64,000 bases of DNA, taken from Acidimicrobiales bacterium. GTDB lineage: Bacteria; Actinomycetota; Acidimicrobiia; Acidimicrobiales; Aldehydirespiratoraceae. The position numbers and the translations under genes were made by a program. Position 1 is the stretch's first letter; the number at the start of each line of letters is the position of its first letter. The DNA is taken from the NCBI GenBank assembly GCA_965200005.1, contig OZ241331.1, positions 543,770-607,769 of the forward strand, in the 5' to 3' direction. This document shows, piece after piece, positions 1 to 7,179 of the stretch. A model generated the notes under the pieces. The model searched no databases. It saw only the letters and a list, made by a program, of their open reading frames with translations, and was not told where the DNA came from.

Positions 1-667
1 CAAGGAAAGCAGCCTCACCGATGGAGTGCGTAACGAACACCCCGGTTACGCCCCGATCACGCTGCAGCCGGATCAGGTCGTTGTTCAAACGATTGCGGGT
101 GATCTCGTCGAGAGCGGCGAAGGGCTCGTCGAACAGCATCAACTGAGGGTCGGTGGCGAGGGTTCGGGCCAGGCTAACCCGCATCTTCATGCCGCCGCTG
201 AGTTGTGCCGGGTAGCTGTCCTCAAAGTCGGCTAGTCCGACGAGTTCAATGGCCGCTCGGGCCCGCGTCCGGCGCTGAGGTTTGCGGACACGATCAACCT
301 CGAGAAACAGTTCGACATTTCGTATGGCGGTGCGCCAGGGCAACAAATGTGCGTCCTGGAAGACGTACCCGGTCTCGGGACGACTCCCGCCAAAGTCCAC
401 GGCGCCTTCGGTTGGGGACAGTAGCCCGGCAACGATCTTGAGGAGCGTGGACTTGCCGCAGCCGGATGGGCCGACGACGGCGACCATCTCCCCAGCTTCG
501 ATCTTGAGATTGACCTTGCTCAGCGCGAGGAACCCGTTTCGGAAGCGACGGCTCACATTGTCGATGCCGACCGCAACGCCCGCTCGAGGCGTACCTCTTA
601 ACGTGGCGGTCTCACCGGGCGCGAAGTGCTCACTGGCCGCGGGCTCCGGGGCGCTCGGCTGGTTCAC
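1..667 (-). CDS. ABC transporter ATP-binding protein, NitT/TauT (nitrate/sulfonate/bicarbonate)-like; C-terminus runs off the window
   Basis: Own minus-strand translation; the frame is absent from the ORF track because it never closes inside the window. Walker A GPSGCGKST, signature LSGGMKMR, Walker B LMLFDEPF. Candidate GTG start at 667-665. Confidence 0.85.
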   Translation of the reverse strand, partial: MNQPSAPEPAASEHFAPGETATLRGTPRAGVAVGIDNVSRRFRNGFLALSKVNLKIEAGEMVAVVGPSGCGKSTLLKIVAGLLSPTEGAVDFGGSRPETGYVFQDAHLLPWRTAIRNVELFLEVDRVRKPQRRTRARAAIELVGLADFEDSYPAQLSGGMKMRVSLARTLATDPQLMLFDEPFAALDEITRNRLNNDLIRLQRDRGVTGVFVTHSIGEAAFL

Positions 668-1705
668 TACGCGCCCCAGCGGCCTCCCGCCCAGGTGACA
701 GGGCCTCACCGGACCGGCTTCGGCGGCCAGTTCGGCCAGGATGCGGCGATATTGCAAGGTCATGCGGTCGCTTCTGGTGTGAACTTCCGTGGTTATCTCG
801 GAAGGAAAGTCCGAAGGCATCCGCTCGAGCAGAGCCCGGTCTTCGCATTGCACGGTGCGATCCACAGCGATGATGCCTTTGGCCTTGTCGTCATCGGGAT
901 TGTCGTTGCGGGCGACGAACTGGCAGAACAACGTGCGGCGATCGTCCACAGGAGCGCACGTCTTGTAGAGCACGTGGCGCAGATCGTTCGGATACTCCAG
1001 CACACCCCGAAACACCATGGGCTGGACTAGTTCGGCGTGGGTGGTGCGGGTGATGAAATCATCGGTGATGCCGGTGTTGCGCTTTTGCTGCTCGGTAACG
1101 CGGGACTGGTAGGAGATGGTGAAGTTGAGGTTCCAGCCGTCGCGTTGCAAGGTGTAGTCCGACATTTGCGGCGCGTCGGCGTCACCGATACTGCCTCGAT
1201 GCACGAACGACAGGTGACTCACATCAAGGGCGTTATCCACGACTCGGGGAGCTGAGGCGTCCCAGACCTCCATCATCTCGTGGATCAGCACATAGTCGGG
1301 GTCGTTGAGTTCTGGCAGATCCGGGATCGGAGCCCGTGGCTCGTCTGCGATGCAGATCCACACCATCTCGTAGCGCTCGTCGGCATGTACCGCCCGCAGG
1401 CGGGCCCGCCGGGGGATCGGGGTGGACGGATCGTTTTGAGGTATGCGAACGCAGCGACCGGAGGCGTCGTATTGCCAGCCGTGATAGCCACACACCAGAC
1501 GGTCGCCGCTCAACCAACCCTGCGACAGACGAGCACCGCGGTGCGGGCACAAGTCGAAGGCACCGTGAACCTCACCGTCAGCGGTGCGCCACACCACGTA
1601 CTCTTCGCCGAAGAGCCGAGCAGCGTGAGGCTTGCTGGTCAGTTCCGAGGAGTACACGACCGGGTACCAGAACTCTCGCAGCGCCGGAATCTCACTAACG
1701 AGCAC
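668..1705 (-). CDS. Rieske [2Fe-2S] non-heme iron oxygenase (VanA/phthalate-family-like alpha subunit)
   Basis: Own minus-strand translation. Rieske motif CPHRGARLS...CGYHGWQY and mononuclear iron motif DNALDVSHLSFVH. GTG start at 1705 preceded by GGAGGG, with an upstream in-frame TGA at 1726-1724. No in-frame stop before the ABC ATPase region. Confidence 0.8.
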
Positions 1706-1840
1706 TGCTAAGCCCTCCCCGCCTCAGATCGCTTATTCCTGAGACAGTCAGATCTTTACAGGCTCCTCCAGCGCATTGCTAGTTGTCGTACTCGGGGACG
1801 ATGTGGACAGTGTTCGTGATACCTCGCGTTGAAGGCTCTC

Positions 1841-2962
1841 CTAACGGGCGACATTCGCAAATGGGGCCTCAGAGGGTTCGAGCCTTTGCTTCAACCCATT
1901 GCCTCGGTCGTAGGGCCATCTGCCATCATGTTGCAGGCGGCCAACCACAATGCCCGGCCCAACACCGATTCGCCGTGCGAACTCGCCAACGTCGTGAAGA
2001 GTCCGGAGCATTGCTAGTTCCGGTTCGTGCTGCCGCCCGATTAGGAGTTGGGAGGCGAATGCGTCAGCCTCTTGTTCAACTCCGCTATGTCGACCTACAT
2101 CGTTGATAAACGTCTCCTTCTTCGAGTGCTTCAGGATGTGTCCGATCTCGTGGAAGAAGGTGAACCACATGACATCGCTCCACTTGTAGCGCAAGCTCAA
2201 CTGCACGATTGCCTTTGTGGAAGTCAACCAACGAGCTGCACCATTGATTTGCCCCCCCTTGATTTCTGGCTCCGCCACCACTGCAACGCCAACAGAAGCA
2301 CACTTGCGTTTCATACGAGGAAACCATGTCTTCGGATCTCGTTCCCGAGTCATTGCGCGCAACTCAGGCAGTAACGCAAGCAGGCCGCTCCGGTCATAGG
2401 GCTGGCATTCAATCTTCTCAGCACTGATCTCGCCGATTCTCAGCCAGGCCGCAACCGCGCCAGGGTCACTGGTGAATGCCTTGGAAGTTCGATAAGCGGT
2501 CGGCTTGTGCCACACAGTCATCCACGCACTCCTGTCGGCGACACCGAAGAAGGCATAAATCTCACGGAGCTGTTCAACCGGCGCTGAGCGCTCTTTGATC
2601 CAGCCACGCGTGACCAACTCACCGACGGGCAGTTCCTTCAACCAGCCAACCTCCTTCTCCAACCGTTTCGCCTCAGCGGCACGTGACAGATACGCGTCAT
2701 AGGCGACTTGCAGGTTGTTCCACACCCGAGCTGGCGTGCCAGTTACGTGTTCTAGCCTTAGCGCCGTTCCCGGCGTGACCGCCGACGCTCCTTGGATGAT
2801 CTGATTGACATGTTTGGCGGAGAGCCCTGTACGCCTTGCGAGATCAACCTGAGTCATGCCGATCTCCTCCAAGCGTTCACAAAGCGTGTCGCCCGGCGGG
2901 AATACGATCTCCGGCTCGTACCGGTACGACTTCTTCGTTTCGGTCTTCAACCCAGCCGCCAC
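1841..2962 (-). CDS. HigA-like XRE-family HTH fused to an ImmA/IrrE (DUF955/M78) metallopeptidase domain
   Basis: N-terminal HTH MTQVDLARRTGLSAKHVNQIIQG. C-terminal zinc motif FFHEIGHILKH plus EQEADAFA. Lies directly downstream of the HigB-like gene. Confidence 0.8.
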   Translation of the reverse strand: MAAGLKTETKKSYRYEPEIVFPPGDTLCERLEEIGMTQVDLARRTGLSAKHVNQIIQGASAVTPGTALRLEHVTGTPARVWNNLQVAYDAYLSRAAEAKRLEKEVGWLKELPVGELVTRGWIKERSAPVEQLREIYAFFGVADRSAWMTVWHKPTAYRTSKAFTSDPGAVAAWLRIGEISAEKIECQPYDRSGLLALLPELRAMTRERDPKTWFPRMKRKCASVGVAVVAEPEIKGGQINGAARWLTSTKAIVQLSLRYKWSDVMWFTFFHEIGHILKHSKKETFINDVGRHSGVEQEADAFASQLLIGRQHEPELAMLRTLHDVGEFARRIGVGPGIVVGRLQHDGRWPYDRGNGLKQRLEPSEAPFANVAR

Positions 2963-2965
2963 CTT

Positions 2966-3298
2966 TCAGTGGTAATCCACGATCTCAATCACTGTGACGC
3001 TCTCCACCCGACTCCAGTCAAGCCCTCCGTCGGAGTTAACCGGCGCTGGACTCTCCGTGGGACGAAATACCAAACGGTAAGGGTGCTCAACATCTACTGC
3101 GAGAGTCCCCTTGCGATTTTGCATTAGTTCATGGCATCGGCCGGGAAGGTTCCTCATGTCCTTAAGCGACGGAGCAGCCTGCATCTGCTGGAGTCTGAGA
3201 GAGACCTTCTTCGCCCCTGTCACTCCAAAGATGCGCCGGAGCTTTGACGCATCAGAGAGCTGCCGTTGAAGTTTCTTCGTCGCAAACAAGACTTCCAC
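2966..3298 (-). CDS. HigB-like toxin (plasmid maintenance system killer protein, RelE superfamily)
   Basis: 110 aa. Pattern ...LRLQQMQAAPSLKDMRNLPGRCHELMQNRKGTLAVDV..PYRLVF....VIEIVDYH is typical of the HigB/killer family. A 3-nt gap separates it from the downstream HTH gene. Confidence 0.7.
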   Translation of the reverse strand: MEVLFATKKLQRQLSDASKLRRIFGVTGAKKVSLRLQQMQAAPSLKDMRNLPGRCHELMQNRKGTLAVDVEHPYRLVFRPTESPAPVNSDGGLDWSRVESVTVIEIVDYH

Positions 3299-3468
3299 GA
3301 CTTCTCAACCCATTGGCGGCTCCCCGACGAGGACATGTTAGTCCAGCACGTGAAGCCCCTCCCAGCAAGCCATCAGTTAAGGAAGTTCTTATATACTGGA
3401 TACGTATATGTTAATCATGTAGACTAATCCATCCCTAAGGTAGGGGCTATGTGCGAGAGGAGAGCGGG
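3299..3468. promoter_or_regulatory. AT-rich divergent intergenic region with short palindromes (candidate operator/promoters)
   Basis: Visibly AT-rich compared with its flanks. Palindrome ATACGTAT at 3400-3407; inverted arms ATATAC (3391-3396) and GTATAT (3404-3409). Sits between divergent genes, one of which encodes an HTH. Confidence 0.35.
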
Positions 3469-4935
3469 ATGAGTGCCCTCACCCAACTAGAACAGATTCG
3501 ACAATCCACCACCGCCAAACCCCACGCACTTAGCGTTGCAAGAACTCGTCTGACCCAGACCCTGAGGGCTGCGGCAACCTTTCCCGGTGCTCTCCGAACG
3601 TTTCGTTCCGGCTCGCTTGCCACAGGGTTTGTCAACGACCCAGTACAGGATGGCGATGGTGGCTTAGTAATAGACCGCCGAAAGTGCCCGAACCTCGGAC
3701 CCGACGGTCAAGGTGACTTACCTCAAGAAGTCGTGGCGACACTCCGCGGTCACCTTCGCCCGATCCTTACGCTCCGCTACCCAAGGCTTCGACTGGATAC
3801 GAGTAAGCGTGGACTCCTAATTCGATTCAACGAACCACTTGCTTCCGGAGAGGACCCGACAGTCGACCTTGTGGTTGCGCTGAACCGAGTGCGGGACAAC
3901 GCACTGTGGATCCCGAATCTCGACGAGAACCGGTGGGATCCGAGCGACCCCGAGAAGCACAAGGTACTCTTTACCTCTGGTTGGGAGACGCTGCGGCGAA
4001 CCCGGCGGCACGTTGTGCGGGTTGCGAAGGCTCAAATCAAGCAGTTTTCCGCGCCGACTGTGTGCTCGTTCCACATAGCCACCTTGGCATGGGAGAGCAC
4101 CGTGACGGCCGAGCCTCTCGACAGAGCCCTCTACCGCTTCTACGACTACGCAGCAACGGAACTCTCCCATCGTTTCACGGAGGACCCAGCCGGTGTCAGC
4201 GAACCAATACGAGTCTCAAACGGGGATCGCGCTGCCAGGCACTTCCGACGCATAGCCGACGCGATCGGCCGTGCAATTGATGCTGGCGAAGACGACAGGA
4301 GGGTGAGCGAGGCCCTCGGGGCCTTTGGCGTCTTCTGGAAGTTGATGCCTCAACTATCTGGTTCCAGCCCTAGCGCCATTCACCAAGCCTTCACCGCCGG
4401 AACGCCGTTAGGCGTCACAGCTTCGGGGCGACTCACGACCGAAGCGGAGAACGGGAATCCTGTTGTCAAGCCCACACGCGCCTACGGAGGTCTGAGAGTG
4501 CGGCAAGCAACCGGGCCCTGGTACGGAAGATTTAGTGACCGTCTGACGTTCGAAAGAGGCGCAAAGTCGCGTTACCCGTCACTAGTCTCGCTAACTCGTC
4601 GACGAGGCCGAGGCTGGGAGTATCGGCTTGTGGTCAATCCACCAGGCTCGGACTCCCGGCGATTGACCATCGAATTTCCACTGCAGCACCCTCGGCTACC
4701 GATCGTTCGCGCTGACGGCCCGGCATCCTCTCCGCACAGATATGAAGATGGAAGCCTTTGCATGTGGTACCCGTCAGACCCACGTGACCGTCGTTGGGTC
4801 TTCAGCGACGGTCTTGTCGCGCTGATTGGATGCGCCCAGGCACACCTCTCAAAGGAGGCCCTATGGCGAGAGTGGTGCGAATGGCCAGGTAGCGAAGTTC
4901 CACACACCACAAGCGGCGCACACTCGGCCGTGTAA
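3469..4935 (+). CDS. Pol-beta-fold nucleotidyltransferase (CD-NTase/SMODS-like) with a C-terminal E2/UBC-like domain
   Basis: The ORF track opens at GTG 3451; ATG 3469 has AGGAG 7 nt upstream. NTase motifs: GS at 3610-3615, DGD at 3649-3657, TVDLVVAL with Asp at 3865-3867, then a helical SFHIATLAWE region. The C-terminus RRLTIEFPLQHPRLPIVRADGP..SPHRYEDGSLCMWYP..RW resembles the UBC core, with Cys at 4759-4761. Confidence 0.6.
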   Translation: MSALTQLEQIRQSTTAKPHALSVARTRLTQTLRAAATFPGALRTFRSGSLATGFVNDPVQDGDGGLVIDRRKCPNLGPDGQGDLPQEVVATLRGHLRPILTLRYPRLRLDTSKRGLLIRFNEPLASGEDPTVDLVVALNRVRDNALWIPNLDENRWDPSDPEKHKVLFTSGWETLRRTRRHVVRVAKAQIKQFSAPTVCSFHIATLAWESTVTAEPLDRALYRFYDYAATELSHRFTEDPAGVSEPIRVSNGDRAARHFRRIADAIGRAIDAGEDDRRVSEALGAFGVFWKLMPQLSGSSPSAIHQAFTAGTPLGVTASGRLTTEAENGNPVVKPTRAYGGLRVRQATGPWYGRFSDRLTFERGAKSRYPSLVSLTRRRGRGWEYRLVVNPPGSDSRRLTIEFPLQHPRLPIVRADGPASSPHRYEDGSLCMWYPSDPRDRRWVFSDGLVALIGCAQAHLSKEALWREWCEWPGSEVPHTTSGAHSAV

Positions 4936-5222
4936 TGCACCCATTAGTTGCTCAAATTGCCGAGCAGTCCTCCAATCCCGACTCGGCACTGATCATTGCG
5001 ACGATCGCGATGTTCGTTTCGTTGATTGGAATTTGGAACACAAACCGCGTAGCCCGCCGGGACCGTCAATTGAAACTCTTCGCTGAAGCCTACGCAGCAG
5101 TCCGCTCATATCGCGAGTTCCCGTTCGCGATACGCCGCGACGTCAGACACCGAGGCCGACCTCACCACCAGGCTCTCAAGTTGCCAACGATGGACAGCAC
5201 ACCGAGGCCGACCTCATATTGA
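4935..5222 (+). CDS. Small single-pass membrane protein, function unknown (possibly truncated or frameshifted)
   Basis: The ATG overlaps the upstream stop (TAATG, 4933-4937). Hydrophobic helix ALIIATIAMFVSLIGIW. The C-terminal 25 aa look non-protein-like. Confidence 0.4.
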   Translation: MHPLVAQIAEQSSNPDSALIIATIAMFVSLIGIWNTNRVARRDRQLKLFAEAYAAVRSYREFPFAIRRDVRHRGRPHHQALKLPTMDSTPRPTSY

Positions 5223-5428
5223 TTGAGGAGACGCGCAGGGTCGCTGGTGCCGAGATTTCAGCTGCTTGGGATGCGCCACCTAGAGCGCTTGGCGAGCCAC
5301 CCCACGTGCGTAACGTCGATCTCCTCGAGTTGGCGTTGCCAGATTCAGCATTCTTGTTGGCCGTGCGTGATCATCTCAGCTTGTTTCCCACCAGACTCCG
5401 CAGAGCCTTTCGCCACTACAGAAGTTGA
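5219..5428 (+). CDS. Short ORF in another frame, possibly the displaced C-terminal part of the preceding gene
   Basis: TTG-initiated 69-aa ORF. Its composition looks protein-like (IEETRRVAGAEISAAWD...LLELALPDSAFLLAVRDHL). No independent ribosome-binding site seen. Confidence 0.2.
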   Translation: MIEETRRVAGAEISAAWDAPPRALGEPPHVRNVDLLELALPDSAFLLAVRDHLSLFPTRLRRAFRHYRS

Positions 5429-5934
5429 CCGCGGTACCACTCTTCGCTACACCGTCTGCTCGATGAGAAGCCATCGACGATGCAGCACCGGCCTCAACAG
5501 CGTTAGTACATCGGGCAGGTCGGTTTGTTGGATACGAGGTCGCCTGTTATCTCAGCGAGATGGCGGTTTCGGAGGCTGCCGTTTACGGCCTGTAGTATTG
5601 CTGCGGGCGACCGCCGAGGATCTCTTGGCATACCCCGACTTAGTTACCCGGTTAACGTTGAGACGAGGGTTCAGACTCTGCCTTCGAGGGTGTCTGGACC
5701 GACTAAACGGAAGCACGCGCACGGCTCCACCTATTTGTTTGCTTGGGGTGGTCGAGGCAATAGGTGCTCAGCTTCATCAAGGTGCTGCTTGCAGGTGCGG
5801 TGTCGTGAGGGCGCACTTCGTGTGAAACTACCGCGTTCATCCTTGAGTGCATGGTTGTTTGTGTGCTCATTTCTCTATTCAAGAGTGTCGCAACTCAGGC
5901 ACGTGAGCGGATTTCGACGGGGTAGCGTCGTTTT

Positions 5935-7053
5935 GTGGTCGCTAGCAGTGTGAGGCGTCGGCTCCGTGGGGGCTATGAGATTTCCGATGACGCCCAGCGT
6001 TTTGATGCTGAAGCCATGCATGACTTCCTTGAGGCCGAGGGCTATTGGGCGAAGGGGCGCAGTCGCGAGGCAACTCTGATAGGGGCTGCCCATAGTGTTG
6101 TGCTGGGCGTGTATGCACCTGATGGTGCGATGGTGGGCGGTGCTCGCCTCGTCACTGATTGGGCGACGTTTGGCTGGCTGACCGATGTGTACGTGGTTGA
6201 GGCACACCGCGGCCGTGGGCTCGGAAAGGCTCTCGTCGCGGCAGCGCGTGAGCACCCGTCGGTCGCAACAGTCAAGCGTCTGCTGCTGATCACTTCTGAT
6301 GCACACGAGCTGTACCACCAGTTCGGATTCGCCCCTGTGACTCATCCAGACAGGTGGTTGGAGTTGCGAGGCTCCCAAGGCGTGGGCACGGAGGCTTCAG
6401 GGGCAGATCCTGCAGGAGCCTCTGCTGCCGCTACCGCTGACGCTGGTCAACACGATGACAGCAGCACGATGGTCGCTCGATTTGAGTCGGCTGGAAGCGT
6501 CACAACCTTGGCACCGGATCCCCGGACAGCCTCGGCCTCGCTGATCGCCGATCACCTATTGCCGATCATTGAGCGCGAAGGGCCGATCACGGTCGACCGA
6601 GCGTTCAGGCTCTATATCAAGGCGTCTGGTTCATCGAAGGTCACCAAGAAGGCCCGTGTGCCGTTGGAACAAGCGTTGTGGCGCTTGGATCTGAGGGGTC
6701 AACTGGATCGTGACGAGATTGCTCGTGGTGACGACAAGGACAAGCAGGCGGTGATTCGGTTGTCGGGCACCCCGGCGGTGATCGTGCGTGAGCTTGGGGA
6801 TCGCTCGCTTTATGACGTACCGCTCAACGAGGTCGTCGAGTTGATGCGGCGAGTCCGGCGCGGGCTGCAAGGCCCTGGTGGCGGTCAACCTTTACCTCCA
6901 CACGTGGCGGCGGCGGTAAGCCGTTCGGGCAGTGGAGGTTTAGGGTCTGAACAACTCAAGCGCGCCGTCCTCGCTACCTACGGCCTCACTCGCATGACCC
7001 AAGCCGCCAACCGCTATCTCTCCGAAGCTCTGCAACTCCTCGAAGACGACTAG
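5935..7053 (+). CDS. GNAT N-acetyltransferase fused to a DUF3320-like C-terminal domain
   Basis: N-terminal YEISDD...FL..EGYWAKGR...DVYVVEAHRGRGLGKALV...LYHQFGF matches the GNAT pattern. C-terminal LLPIIEREGPITVDRAFRLYIKASG resembles the DUF3320 tail of SF1 helicase-like proteins. Confidence 0.65.
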   Translation: MVASSVRRRLRGGYEISDDAQRFDAEAMHDFLEAEGYWAKGRSREATLIGAAHSVVLGVYAPDGAMVGGARLVTDWATFGWLTDVYVVEAHRGRGLGKALVAAAREHPSVATVKRLLLITSDAHELYHQFGFAPVTHPDRWLELRGSQGVGTEASGADPAGASAAATADAGQHDDSSTMVARFESAGSVTTLAPDPRTASASLIADHLLPIIEREGPITVDRAFRLYIKASGSSKVTKKARVPLEQALWRLDLRGQLDRDEIARGDDKDKQAVIRLSGTPAVIVRELGDRSLYDVPLNEVVELMRRVRRGLQGPGGGQPLPPHVAAAVSRSGSGGLGSEQLKRAVLATYGLTRMTQAANRYLSEALQLLEDD

Positions 7054-7179
7054 TCCCGCGCTTGCTCTGTCGGCGACACCTGAGGTCGCCCGTGATGAAG
7101 GCGGAATAGCGGTTGCCCCAACTCAACTGCTTGCTGACATCGCTCGAGCATTACGGCATGTGTCGGCTACCTGCGTCCG

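Noticed and set aside
5703-5870. 55-aa minus-strand ORF (MSTQTTMHSRMNAVVSHEVRPHD...), found by hand and below the track threshold
   Set aside because: No ribosome-binding site, no recognisable motif, and poor composition. There is insufficient support to call a gene.
5223-5953. Long plus-strand ORFs 5223-5825 (200 aa) and 5525-5953 (142 aa)
   Set aside because: The translations are Arg/Cys/Ser/Gly-rich with no motifs and look like non-coding GC-rich sequence held open by chance. The region is treated as non-coding or decayed.
7072-7090. Short hairpin (GGCGAC-7 nt-GTCGCC) between convergent genes, as a possible bidirectional terminator
   Set aside because: The stem is only 6 bp with no U-tract, which is too weak to call from sequence alone.
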